A stretch of DNA of 64,000 nucleotides from Candidatus Poribacteria bacterium (GCA_965242965.1 OZ251518.1:5312001-5376000); one strand, 5' to 3'; shown: positions 29,457-41,120, counted from the first letter of the stretch. The notes: generated from the letters alone by a model not told the origin. Translations and numbers: made by a program.

Positions 29457-30764
29457 ATGTTGACGCATATCCGCGTGGAAAACTTCAAATCGTGGAGAGA
29501 CAGCGGCGAGGTGGTTCTTGCGCCGCTGACAGGCTTTTTCGGTACGAATAGTTCGGGGAAAAGCAGTCTGTTGCAGATGCTGTTGTTGCTGAAGCAGACG
29601 GCTGAGCGTTCAAACGCAGAGGAAGTTATCTTCTTCGGTGATGATACTTCAGCAGTCAATCTTGGCGATTTCAATGCAGTGGCTCACGGACATAAAAATA
29701 ATGAGATCCTCAGGTTAGAATTTGGGGGAGAGCTCAGTTGTCCGATCGGCACTCCGATAGATAACGGTCCTGTGAGAAAAATAGATGGGTTCACATTTGC
29801 AACATTTATTACCCAAGGACTAGAAGGGCTCAGCGTTGACAAACTTCGCTACCGTAGTCTTGAGCGTAATACGCCTGATGGCCGCGTAGATGTATCTTGG
29901 AAGCACCCTGATTTCTTTCACGTGACCGGCCAAGACAGGAGAAAAAAGGTAAAGATAAAAAATAGCTATGGTGTGTCGCCCGATGAGGACAGGACTCTGG
30001 ATGGGTTCACCACCGCCTTTGAAGTTTTGTTTTCTCACCTCTATTACCTCGGTCCCACTCGGGTAGAACCACAACGGCATTACCATTGGGAGGGCGAGCA
30101 GCCTGAGGGCATTGGGCAGTGGGGCCAAAATGCAATTGACGCGCTTCTTTCCGCGCGCATCGATCGGCTCACAACACCGAGCCAAAACGGCGATGTCCCA
30201 ATTGAGGAGCGGATATCAGCATGGCTCCGAAAAATGGATCTCGCGCATGCCTTTTCGTTAAAGCGAACGGGCCTGTGGGATGAAAAGAACTATGCCTTTC
30301 GTATCCAACAAAGTCCGGCGAGTCCGGCGGTGACGCTGGTTGACACGGGCTATGGCTTATCGCAATTTCTCCCGGTGCTCGTCCTCTGTTACTATGCACC
30401 GGAAGGCTCAACGCTCATTCTGGAGCAGCCGGGCATGCACCTGCATCCGAAGGTGCAATCGCAATTGGCGGATTTGCTAATAGAGGTTGTCACGGAACGA
30501 AACCTCCAAGTTTTGGTGGAGAGCCACAGCGAACATCTGCTGACTCGGTTACAACTTCGCATCGCAGAAGAAAAGATTGGCGCGGACAAGGCTGCTCTCT
30601 ATTTCTGTGAAAATAAGGATGGAGTTTCCGAAATGAAATCGTTGGAACTTGACGAGTTCGGAAACATCAAAAACTGGCCCCCAGACTTCTTTGGCACTGT
30701 CAGAGGAGACCTGGTTAAAATGACGAAGGCCCAGATGAAACGTCAGAAGCGAACGGAGGGATAA
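29457..30764 (+). CDS. ABC-type ATPase with DUF3696-like C-terminus, copy 3
   Basis: Same motifs; C-terminal block nearly identical to copy 1. Confidence 0.9.
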   Translation: MLTHIRVENFKSWRDSGEVVLAPLTGFFGTNSSGKSSLLQMLLLLKQTAERSNAEEVIFFGDDTSAVNLGDFNAVAHGHKNNEILRLEFGGELSCPIGTPIDNGPVRKIDGFTFATFITQGLEGLSVDKLRYRSLERNTPDGRVDVSWKHPDFFHVTGQDRRKKVKIKNSYGVSPDEDRTLDGFTTAFEVLFSHLYYLGPTRVEPQRHYHWEGEQPEGIGQWGQNAIDALLSARIDRLTTPSQNGDVPIEERISAWLRKMDLAHAFSLKRTGLWDEKNYAFRIQQSPASPAVTLVDTGYGLSQFLPVLVLCYYAPEGSTLILEQPGMHLHPKVQSQLADLLIEVVTERNLQVLVESHSEHLLTRLQLRIAEEKIGADKAALYFCENKDGVSEMKSLELDEFGNIKNWPPDFFGTVRGDLVKMTKAQMKRQKRTEG

Positions 30765-31306
30765 TGGACGCTGTTGTCGTAGATACTAACGTTATCCTCG
30801 TCGCTAAAGGGATGGCATGTCAGGCATCGCAGGCGTGCGTCCAGACATGCATAGAGCGGCTAGACCGGATTGTTAAGGGGCCGGAGAGAGTCGTCATTGA
30901 TGACAACTGGGAGATCCTCGGCGAATATTCGGATTATGAAGCCGATTCAACGACAGCGGCGCGGACCGGATGGGGATTTTTGGAGTGGTTGATGCGAAAT
31001 CACGAGAATCCGAAACAGTGTGTGAAGGTGCATATCACCCCTTCGGTAGATGGGACCGGATTTGAAGAGTTTCCCACTGACCCGGCATTAAGCGAGTTTG
31101 ACCCGGGGGACAAAAAATTTATCGCTGTCGCTGTCGTTTACGAAAACGAGCATCGTCAAAAAGTGCCAATCTTACAAGCGGTAGACAGCAATTGGTACGG
31201 ATTCCGAGAGGCATTCGCCCGGAATGGATTGATAATTGACTTCATTTGCGCGGAAAACATCCGACTTTTGTATCAAAGGCGCGGTGAAAGACGCGCGAGA
31301 AACTAA
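30764..31306 (+). CDS. PIN-domain protein, copy 3
   Basis: VVVDTNVI, LGEY, DPGDKKFIAVA; TAATG coupling. Confidence 0.8.
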   Translation: MDAVVVDTNVILVAKGMACQASQACVQTCIERLDRIVKGPERVVIDDNWEILGEYSDYEADSTTAARTGWGFLEWLMRNHENPKQCVKVHITPSVDGTGFEEFPTDPALSEFDPGDKKFIAVAVVYENEHRQKVPILQAVDSNWYGFREAFARNGLIIDFICAENIRLLYQRRGERRARN

Positions 31307-31356
31307 CCGTTTGTGTTGGTTTTGGACTCAATACTTTTGTCTATGGAGAAATTCAC

Positions 31357-34320
31357 ATGCCGAAAGTGAACATAGAAAACCCTGTCATCAACAGCCCGTT
31401 TGACGAACCGCAACGCCACTTCAAATTCGATGAACGCGGCATCACCGAAAACATCGTCAACGGAAGACGCAAAAGCGAATACTTCATTCCGGTGCCGAAA
31501 CCGAGGAAGCAGCCGAAAGAGGTTCAGACGCAACTTGAACTGCACGTGCCCGAACTCCGAGAGGCCAACGCGTTTATCAACCGCGTGCGGGAAGAAGTCA
31601 GCGTCTGGCGCAAAAACGGTTACCCCGGCGTAACGGAAACAACGAGACGCTTGCTTACATACTGGAACGACACCGAACGCGAGCCGAGGCTGTTTTTCTG
31701 TCAACGCGAGGCAGTTGAAACCGCTATCTATATCCACGAAGTGGAAAATCCTCGGCGCGGGGACTCAATACACAAGACGCTGCTGAAAGCGAATGAAGAA
31801 GCGAACCCCGGGCTTTTCCGCATCGCTTTCAAAATGGCGACAGGGAGCGGCAAGACTTTGGTGATGGCGATGCTCATCGTTTATCATACGTTGAACAAAA
31901 TCGCTGCACCGCGCAATCCCCGTTTTTCCGATGCGTTTCTTGTCGTCACACCGGGGCTGACAATCCGCGACCGGCTCCAAGTGCTACGTCCAGAAAACCC
32001 TGGCAACTACTACGATGAGATGCGCTTACTGCCGCCCGACGACAGGAAGGCACTCTCTCACGCGAAGATTGTCATCACAAACTACCACGCCTTCCAACGT
32101 CGGAAGAATTCGGATGTAAGTGGGCTTGGGAGAAAAATCCTTGGCGAAGGTGTCGCTCAACTTGATGAAACTGACGATGAGATGGTGGCCCGGGTTTGCC
32201 GCACGTTCAGTAGGAAACGGCATATCATTGTCCTCAACGATGAGGCGCACCACTGCTATCGTCCGAAACAGGCGGGAAAGAAGCAGGCATCCGAGGAAGA
32301 CAGCGCGCGATTGTGGATAAGTGGCTTGGAAGCAGTGCAAGCGAAACTCGGCATCAAAACCGTTTATGATTTGTCGGCGACACCGTTCTTCCTCAGCGGC
32401 TCCGGCTATAGTCAAGAGATACCCGCCGGGAAGAAACTCAAGGAAGGCGTTCTGTTTCCATGGGTTGTCTCCGATTTCGCGTTAATCGATGCGATTGAGT
32501 GCGGCATCGCCAAAATCCCGCGCGTGCCTGTCGCCGATGATGCGATGACAGGGGAAGCTCCCATCTATCGCAATCTCTGGAACGTCATCGGGAAAAGGCT
32601 GCGCAAAAAAGTGGTCGGCGAAAGTCCACGGTTGCCAGCCGAATTGGAAACTGCGCTCAGAAGCCTCTACGAAAACTATGAAGGCGCATATCAGCAGTGG
32701 CAGAAAGAGACGCGAGACTTGACACCGCCGGTGATGATTGTCGTTTGTAATAATACGAGCGTTTCCAAGCGCGTCTACGATTGGATTGCCGGTTGGGAGA
32801 AGAAAACCAACGATGGGGGCACCGTAGTTGTGCCCGGGAACCTACCCATTTTCAACAACGAAGTCAACGGTGCGTGGGGTGAGAAGTTAAACACGCTTAT
32901 CATTGATAGCAAGCAGTTGGAATCCGGCGAGGCACTCAAAAGCGCGTTTAAGAGGGCCGCGAAGACCGAAATTGCGCAGTTCAAACGCAGTCGCAACGAC
33001 GAGAATGTTACCGACGAAGCACTTTTGCGAGAGGTGATGAATACCGTCGGGCAAAAGGGAAAACTCGGTGAGCAGATTAAGTGCGTTGTTTCTGTCTCAA
33101 TGCTCAGCGAAGGGTGGGATGCCAAGCGGGTGACGCATATCCTCGGCGTTCGCGCGTTCAGCACGCAGCTGCTCTGCGAACAGGTAGTCGGTAGGGGTTT
33201 GCGCCGTTCCAGTTACCACACCGAATTAACGAAATGCAACATCAACGGCGAAGAAATTCAGTTGGAAACGTTTCCACCGGAATACGCCGAGGTTTACGGT
33301 GTGCCGTTCTCGTTTATTCCTGCGACAGGCATTGGCCGCGCGCCAAAGCCGCGGGCGATTACCTTTGTCGAGGCATTGGCGGAACGCGCAGCGTGTGAAA
33401 TCACGTTCCCGAATGTGATTGGGTATCGCCGCCACGTGCCGCCTGAAAAACTGCAGGCGGTTTTCACGGAAGAGTCGCAGTATCAACTCTCAACGGCGGA
33501 GGTGCCCAGCCGTGTCGATATTGCAGACATCACCGGCAAAATCGTTGAAGATGAATTGTCATACGCAACGAATCATCGCGTGCAGCAAACCGAATTCTGC
33601 ATCGCAAAGGTGCTGCTAGAGAATCACTTTTGTGACGATGATGGCGATGTGCGGCACTGGCTTTTCCCGCAGTTGCTCGGTATAACGCGGCGGTGGATGA
33701 GCGAGTGTGTCACGTATAAAGACAACACTTATCCGCAGTTTTTCTTGATTGACGAAATCGCGCACAAGGCGGCACATCGCATTCATCATGCTATCCTCCA
33801 TGCCGAACATCTCCACAATGCTGGAGTGTCAGAGCATCCGCAGACGTTGCTTCCGATACTGGGCGCGCCGCTCGGCTCCACGCGAAACGTCGCGTTTGAG
33901 ACGGCCAAACCGGTGTGGAGCACGCGCCCAGATAAGTGCCACATCTCGCATGTCGCCGCGGACACGGAGTCGTGGGAGCAAAAAGCGGCTGAGGCATTAG
34001 AGCAGATGGACGAAGTGCGCGCCTATGTCAAAAATCATCACTTAGGCTTCACAATTCCGTATCTCACCCACACCTTGGAGAAGCGGCATTATGTCCCGGA
34101 CTTCATCGTCCGCATCCAAGATGGAGACGAAGTTGTCAACCTCATCCTTGAAGTTTCAGGAATTGAACGTGAAGATAAGCGTCAAAAGGTGGATACCACC
34201 AAAAACTTGTGGGTGCCAGCGGTGAACAACCACGGTGAATTCGGGAAGTGGGCGTTTCTGGAAATTCAAGATCCGTGGAATATCCAGAACGACATCCGCG
34301 CCTTTAGGCTATCTGCTTAA
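31357..34320 (+). CDS. Type III-like restriction subunit Res (SF2 helicase + PD-(D/E)XK nuclease)
   Basis: FFCQREA, KMATGSGKT, NDEAHH, EGWDA, EQVVGRGLRR, YVPDFIVR...LEVSG. Confidence 0.92.
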   Translation: MPKVNIENPVINSPFDEPQRHFKFDERGITENIVNGRRKSEYFIPVPKPRKQPKEVQTQLELHVPELREANAFINRVREEVSVWRKNGYPGVTETTRRLLTYWNDTEREPRLFFCQREAVETAIYIHEVENPRRGDSIHKTLLKANEEANPGLFRIAFKMATGSGKTLVMAMLIVYHTLNKIAAPRNPRFSDAFLVVTPGLTIRDRLQVLRPENPGNYYDEMRLLPPDDRKALSHAKIVITNYHAFQRRKNSDVSGLGRKILGEGVAQLDETDDEMVARVCRTFSRKRHIIVLNDEAHHCYRPKQAGKKQASEEDSARLWISGLEAVQAKLGIKTVYDLSATPFFLSGSGYSQEIPAGKKLKEGVLFPWVVSDFALIDAIECGIAKIPRVPVADDAMTGEAPIYRNLWNVIGKRLRKKVVGESPRLPAELETALRSLYENYEGAYQQWQKETRDLTPPVMIVVCNNTSVSKRVYDWIAGWEKKTNDGGTVVVPGNLPIFNNEVNGAWGEKLNTLIIDSKQLESGEALKSAFKRAAKTEIAQFKRSRNDENVTDEALLREVMNTVGQKGKLGEQIKCVVSVSMLSEGWDAKRVTHILGVRAFSTQLLCEQVVGRGLRRSSYHTELTKCNINGEEIQLETFPPEYAEVYGVPFSFIPATGIGRAPKPRAITFVEALAERAACEITFPNVIGYRRHVPPEKLQAVFTEESQYQLSTAEVPSRVDIADITGKIVEDELSYATNHRVQQTEFCIAKVLLENHFCDDDGDVRHWLFPQLLGITRRWMSECVTYKDNTYPQFFLIDEIAHKAAHRIHHAILHAEHLHNAGVSEHPQTLLPILGAPLGSTRNVAFETAKPVWSTRPDKCHISHVAADTESWEQKAAEALEQMDEVRAYVKNHHLGFTIPYLTHTLEKRHYVPDFIVRIQDGDEVVNLILEVSGIEREDKRQKVDTTKNLWVPAVNNHGEFGKWAFLEIQDPWNIQNDIRAFRLSA

Positions 34321-34335
34321 AACAACAAACCTTGA

Positions 34336-35796
<1,461 letters not shown>

Positions 35797-35807
35797 GAAC
35801 AACAAAA

Positions 35808-36095
35808 ATGCGCATTTTTCGTTACATTTTATTCGTCGTTGCGCTCGCCTTGCTAGGTGCCAGCATCAAGCAATTCCTGAACGGCTACGGCGACTGGCAA
35901 GCCGCCCAAGCCGCCGAGAAGGCATATCAGGCGGAAATCCGAGAACTAGAGGTGCAGCGCGCCGCGATGAAGCATCGCATTGAGATGCTAAAAACCGACG
36001 ACTTAACCAAGCAGCGACTCGCAAGGAAACGGCTTGGTTACATTAAACCGGGCGAGACGAAATACAAGTTCGTCAGCCCGCGTCAGACCCAATGA
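35808..36095 (+). CDS. ftsB: Septum formation initiator FtsB/DivIC family
   Basis: TM + coiled coil + ARKRLGYIKPGE; conserved position after eno. Confidence 0.75.
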   Translation: MRIFRYILFVVALALLGASIKQFLNGYGDWQAAQAAEKAYQAEIRELEVQRAAMKHRIEMLKTDDLTKQRLARKRLGYIKPGETKYKFVSPRQTQ

Positions 36096-36145
36096 TTTTC
36101 ACGTTGCCGGTAGGCGCGCCTTTAAAGCGCGCATACCGAATTCAT

Positions 36146-36435
36146 TGAGGATATTTCATATCTCGATGGTATCCCGGTAGGAGAGACTTCCCGGTCTTGA
36201 CAAACACCGGTAGGAGAGACCTCCCGGTCTCGATGCAATATCGTAGGGGAGCCCTCCTGGTTTTGATGCCCACCGTATCGGGACAAGGATGTCCCTCCTA
36301 CCGTAAGGCATCGGACCCGCCTCTGTGGTTCGGGAGCTCCCGCTCCCGAACGGGTCAGGATCAGGCGATCCTGCCCTACAAGGGTGATGCGGTCTGACAG
36401 CCAAACGCATGGCGAGGGACAGGCCCTCGCCCTAC
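36146..36435. mobile_element. Truncated MITE-like element / REP cluster
   Basis: Degenerate left end TGAGGATATTTCATA followed by the same REP modules; no right TIR seen. Confidence 0.6.
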
Positions 36436-36472
36436 GTAAAGGGGATTTGATTATTCACAAAAAAGGAGTTTC

Positions 36473-37582
36473 ATGCTACATCAATTTATTTTCAACGCGC
36501 CTATCCGAAAATGCACGCTAACCAGCGGACTTTTGGCGGCGTTCATCCTTATGACAACTACCCTGTTTTCAGGGTGTGAGAGGGTGCAACAGGTTGTTAC
36601 CCCGCCAGAGAGTGTCTCCACAGAAGACGCGGTGAGTTCCTGCACCGATGGCACGCGCGTCCTCAACGTCGGCTTCTATGCGTTCTTCGCCCCAGTAAGT
36701 TACAGTGCCAACGAAGACCCGGGCTCCCCCGAATTCAACACGCATCAGGGGTATGAGGCAGACCTGCTCACGGCTCTTGAGGCGATGGAAGGTGCCGGGC
36801 TCTCATTTAAACGGACAGCTATCCCGGCTTGGGACGGCATCTGGCTCAAATCAACTGAACCAGAGTTTGATATGATCGGCGGTGGCATTACGATTCTTGA
36901 CTCTCGGACGCGCGATGCCGATGGCACGCCGCGCGTCACCTTTACCTCTGGACATATCAACTTCCAGCAGTCACTTCTGGTGCGCGCCGAGGATGCAGAA
37001 CGCCTCGCAACGCATGCAGACTTAACCAGCGATGTCCAAGTCGGAGCTCTTCCGGGGACGACTGGCGAAAACCGCCTGCTCCAATTGACAACTCTCACGG
37101 ATGCCGATGGGATTCTCGCCGCGGGGACGCGGGTTGATACACCGCAAGGCACTGTCGTCGCCGATGGCACGGATGCTTACGTCATCCAAGCTTCCGGTGC
37201 GACACTGAATCTGGAGGGACGCACGCATCTCTATCCACCTTCCGAGAACATGCCGCAGGTCGTCTATCTTGGAAGCGAATTGGGGGAATCCGAGTTGCTG
37301 GCGGCACTCAATGCGAGTGAGATAGACGCGGTCGCGCGTGGCGGCATTGGAAACGGCGAGGTTGCGGCGGCTTCCGGTGGCGCGCTTGTCGTTACCGCAT
37401 TTGATGAACAGGTGGAATACGGCGGTTTCACCTTCGCATTAGAAGACGCTGAACTCGCCGCCTGTATTGATGAGAAGATCAACTTCCTCACCAATAACCG
37501 GGCAATTGGACACGCGGAATGGCTGGCGGACCCGGCCGTTTTCATGAAGCGCGCTGAAATGTGGAGCGCAGAGATGCAGTAG
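36473..37582 (+). CDS. Solute-binding lipoprotein, family 3 (PBPb)
   Basis: Lipobox FSGC, FAPVSY, GYEADLL, GGGITILDSR, VGALPGTTGE. Confidence 0.8.
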   Translation: MLHQFIFNAPIRKCTLTSGLLAAFILMTTTLFSGCERVQQVVTPPESVSTEDAVSSCTDGTRVLNVGFYAFFAPVSYSANEDPGSPEFNTHQGYEADLLTALEAMEGAGLSFKRTAIPAWDGIWLKSTEPEFDMIGGGITILDSRTRDADGTPRVTFTSGHINFQQSLLVRAEDAERLATHADLTSDVQVGALPGTTGENRLLQLTTLTDADGILAAGTRVDTPQGTVVADGTDAYVIQASGATLNLEGRTHLYPPSENMPQVVYLGSELGESELLAALNASEIDAVARGGIGNGEVAAASGGALVVTAFDEQVEYGGFTFALEDAELAACIDEKINFLTNNRAIGHAEWLADPAVFMKRAEMWSAEMQ

Positions 37583-37600
37583 AGGCACTCTGTTTTCTGG

Positions 37601-37628
37601 CAGGCGAGGGAAACCTATCCCTCGCCTG
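37601..37628. terminator. Hairpin between convergent genes, overlapping res stop
   Basis: caggcgaggga-aaccta-tccctcgcctg (11-bp stem). Confidence 0.5.
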
Positions 37629-40600
37629 AGCGCAACGCAATCCCGGCTCTCTCAAACATCACTTCCAAATACGACTTCCACTCAGAAAACGGACTGGTAG
37701 AACCGTCTTCCATCTTTTCGTGCCAATTCAACCGGAGGATGTGATAATCCACCATATTCTCGGCAATCCACTCTTCTGGTTGTTCGTTTCCGAGTTTTGA
37801 ACTGTCTCGGAGAAGAATGAACGAATTGAGATGGAACGTTCGGCCCTGGGCTGCTTCTAACTGTTTCTCAAGCATCACCAGCGTCTTGTCCTCCGATTTG
37901 CGCGCCAGTCTCACCTTCGGATGATAATGGAGCGTTGTATCGTCAAGGAGGTCGCGCTGTCCCTTCGGATCGATGAAGAGGATATGTGTTACCTCCTGCG
38001 CGGTATCGATTGCCCACAGCACAAAATCCGGAAAATAGCAACCCTCGTCGCTCTCTAAATAGATGCCTATCTTGCCCACGTTTCGCATCAGATAGAATTC
38101 GTATCGTTTGTTGCGAGCGTGTCGCCGAAGATACGCCATCAAGTCTTCGACGAATTTCTTCTCGCCATTATTCAGCCGGTCTGGGGAAATTTTGACATCG
38201 TTGTTTCGGGACAGGGATGTCCCTCCTACCGGAACCGCGTTGAGTCGAGACAGGGATGTCCCTCCTACCGGAACCGCGTTGTTTCGGGACAGGGATGTCC
38301 CTCCTACCCGGACCGCCGGATCCAACAGCAGCGGCTCGTAGATGTGCCGATGATGCGAATCTAACAACAGCCTCAGCGGTTTCCAGGTCTGCGCCTCCAG
38401 GTTAGCCTGCATCTCCCTTTCGGCGAGGAATGCCTCGTATGCCTCGCGCGTCTGGAACTCCTTCGTCACCGTGTATTCGTAGATAAAATCCTTGCGCGCC
38501 AACGGTTCGTAGACGTAGTTCGCACTATTGATGTGCGCGTTGATGCGGTTCCGCAATTTACGGATGACATCAATGACTATGCGGCGATTAATCCGGTCTG
38601 TCCATGCAACCGGGTCTTCGGCAGGTTTCTGATAGCGGATTTCTGTCACTAACGCCAGAAAATCGTCTATCGTCGGCATCCGCTTGTCGGCATAGATTTG
38701 CAACTGATTCTTCTGTGCTTCGCGATGAATCACAGCGGCGAGCCCCGCACGATTCAGGTAACGGTGATACTTGTCATTGGCTTGCCGCAAATCTTCACGG
38801 ACATTCGGCGCGGGCACTGTTTTATCCGTTCGGTAATCTAATGTCTGCACGCGCCAACCTGTGATGATGCCGCTCTTCTCGGTGCCGTTATCAAGGTAGG
38901 TATACCGAATGTTTCGGTTCCTGATAAAGACGCGCTTGATGCCGCTCATCGCGCCCCCTGACGACTTGAAGATGGACAATTTGTGCCGATAATCTTCAAA
39001 GTCAATGGAGGTATTTGCATCGACTCGAAAGAAGGTAGATGTTACCGGAACCTTGAAGGTATGCATCAGCGGCACCCCTCCTGCATGCACTTCCGCGATG
39101 AATTTCTCAAGGTAACTGCGGCGTAAACTGAAAACGGTTAACGTTTCTAATCGGCGAATGTCGTCTTCCCTATCTTTTGGACGGAGGAGATAATAGTCGG
39201 GGTTGTGGGTGAGATAACGCCGTTTGCCATCGCCGCCTTTTCCGCGGAGCCGCACGCCGCGCCCGAAGATCTGGATAATCAGGTTGCCCCGAGAACTTCC
39301 CAGATTAATCAGATCGATGACAGAAAGGCGATAAGAATTCCATCCTTCGGCAAACTTGCGACTTCCGAGCAGCACATTGATAGGACTGGCTTCGTCGTCA
39401 AGGTTTTCAAAACGGAGGCGTGGGTTTGTAATCGCTTCGGTGCGCGTTTCAATGCGGGGGTTTTCAATGCTGTTGTAAAACCGCAATCCATCGCCGACGT
39501 TAATCATGCCCCACTTCTCGCCTTCGCCGTAGGAAAGGAGCAGTTCGTTATTGTTTTCGGGGTTGCGCGCGACAACGAGCGGGCCGATGATGCCATCGCC
39601 GAAAACCGAACGGAATCGTTTGCGTTCCTCGTCACGCAATGCCGCGAGAAAATCCAATACCTTCTGGATGTCCGACACCTCGTCGTTTTTCCCTTCCTGT
39701 GCCGGATTCTCTACAGTATGCCCCATAAACGCCATCAACGGACGGTGATACGTCAGATCGATGTCGGTTTCTTCACTTTTGCGGAGATTTTTGAAGGTTT
39801 GCAGCTTCTCTTCCATCACGTGAAAACATTCGTTCAGGTTATCCCAAATTTCTGTGTCGGCATCCGCGACCTGGTCTGCGGCGATGGGTTTGAAATAGTG
39901 GTCCTTCCCGTATCCGTCGCCGTAGAATCGCGCGTAGTCGTAGCGGTAGATGATGGCGTTATCATATTCCTCTTTCAGTTCCTTCGCGACGTTGTGGAAG
40001 GTGGCGGAGTATTCAAAGAGGAAGGAGGTGCCGACGTTGAGCCGACTTCGCAGTTTTCGGAACTCGCCGGATTGCTGACTGCTCAACCCGATGTGTGCTT
40101 CGTCCACCAAAATTAACCGGCGCACGCGCTCGTCTTCCGAGAGGCGGAAGTAATCGTCCGGTTTCTGGAGGAGAGCCTGCGTCGTGTCAATTGTCAACTC
40201 CAACCGATTGTTGTAAACCTCGTTGAGTTTGCGCACGTAAGGTTCTAACTCGCGCCGATGCTGTTGAATGAGGCCGGCGAGCGGCGTTGTTAAAAAGAGT
40301 TGGATGCGAAAGTCATCTTTTTCACAGAAATGGTGAAGGAATTGGAGGATGTTGAGGTGCATGACGAGGGTTTTCCCACTGCCGGTAGCCATCCAATACG
40401 CGAGCAGATTTTTGCCGTTCGGCGCGCCGGGTGCTGCCGCCGCTTCCGACAAAAAACATTCGGTGCAAAGCAACGCCAATATCTGGTAATATCGGAGTTT
40501 GAAGTTCTGCCCCGTTACGTCATTGTATTGTTCAAGGAATTCCTGAATTTTATCTAACGGTTCGATGGGCAGGCTTAATTCCCTGTCGTATCCCTCGATT

Positions 40601-40674
40601 GCGTTTTTTATAGTGTCGTCCGAGGTGTCCATTCCGTTCAGGATTTTCTGTTCGTAGGTTTGGTAGAGTGTCAT
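37615..40674 (-). CDS. Type III-like restriction subunit Res (second system)
   Basis: WMATGSGKT, VDEAH, EYSATF, FAEGWN, QIFGRGVRLRG, YFPDFVLW...FIDPKG. Confidence 0.9.
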   Translation of the reverse strand: MTLYQTYEQKILNGMDTSDDTIKNAIEGYDRELSLPIEPLDKIQEFLEQYNDVTGQNFKLRYYQILALLCTECFLSEAAAAPGAPNGKNLLAYWMATGSGKTLVMHLNILQFLHHFCEKDDFRIQLFLTTPLAGLIQQHRRELEPYVRKLNEVYNNRLELTIDTTQALLQKPDDYFRLSEDERVRRLILVDEAHIGLSSQQSGEFRKLRSRLNVGTSFLFEYSATFHNVAKELKEEYDNAIIYRYDYARFYGDGYGKDHYFKPIAADQVADADTEIWDNLNECFHVMEEKLQTFKNLRKSEETDIDLTYHRPLMAFMGHTVENPAQEGKNDEVSDIQKVLDFLAALRDEERKRFRSVFGDGIIGPLVVARNPENNNELLLSYGEGEKWGMINVGDGLRFYNSIENPRIETRTEAITNPRLRFENLDDEASPINVLLGSRKFAEGWNSYRLSVIDLINLGSSRGNLIIQIFGRGVRLRGKGGDGKRRYLTHNPDYYLLRPKDREDDIRRLETLTVFSLRRSYLEKFIAEVHAGGVPLMHTFKVPVTSTFFRVDANTSIDFEDYRHKLSIFKSSGGAMSGIKRVFIRNRNIRYTYLDNGTEKSGIITGWRVQTLDYRTDKTVPAPNVREDLRQANDKYHRYLNRAGLAAVIHREAQKNQLQIYADKRMPTIDDFLALVTEIRYQKPAEDPVAWTDRINRRIVIDVIRKLRNRINAHINSANYVYEPLARKDFIYEYTVTKEFQTREAYEAFLAEREMQANLEAQTWKPLRLLLDSHHRHIYEPLLLDPAVRVGGTSLSRNNAVPVGGTSLSRLNAVPVGGTSLSRNNDVKISPDRLNNGEKKFVEDLMAYLRRHARNKRYEFYLMRNVGKIGIYLESDEGCYFPDFVLWAIDTAQEVTHILFIDPKGQRDLLDDTTLHYHPKVRLARKSEDKTLVMLEKQLEAAQGRTFHLNSFILLRDSSKLGNEQPEEWIAENMVDYHILRLNWHEKMEDGSTSPFSEWKSYLEVMFERAGIALRSGEG
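38200..38310 (-). repeat. 3 x 39-bp REP-derived tandem repeat in frame within res
   Basis: gttgtttcgggacagggatgtccctcctaccggaaccgc x3, encoding VGGTSLSR-containing 13-aa units; near-identical motif intergenic at about 36278-36302. Confidence 0.9.
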
Positions 40675-40719
40675 CGGTTTGTCCTCGGCTGGCTGTGGCC
40701 CGCGCTAGCGTAAGTCCTC

Positions 40720-41120
40720 GTAGGAGAGACCTCCCGGTCTCGATGCAATAGGGTGTCGCGCCTACCGGGGCCGCGGCGGCAGAAAAGCCCGCTTGAAAAA
40801 ACGTTTCTTAGGTCCGTAGGACCTTAATGTCTATAGCCCGCGCGCCCGCGAAGAGCTCTAAGGGCCTTTAGGTCCTTAATAGTTTTTACCATGGCCGCGC
40901 GTGTTTTTATTAAGGACCTAAAGGACTTTGACAACGGCACGACACGTTTTTCTATAGACATATAGGACCTAAAGGACCTAAAACGCCACTCTTGACGATG
41001 GAGATCACAGGGGACAGGCCTCCGCACTACGGGAAGAATCGAGACTAGGAGGTCTCTCCTACCGGAAATCGAGCCCCGAGGTCTCTCCTACCGAACACAT
41101 CGAAATATGAAACACCCTCA
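40720..41120. mobile_element. MITE-like element, inverted relative to 7690-8259, one TIR missing
   Basis: Right end ATATGAAACACCCTCA; both subterminal regions are approximate reverse complements of those of the 7690 element. Confidence 0.75.
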
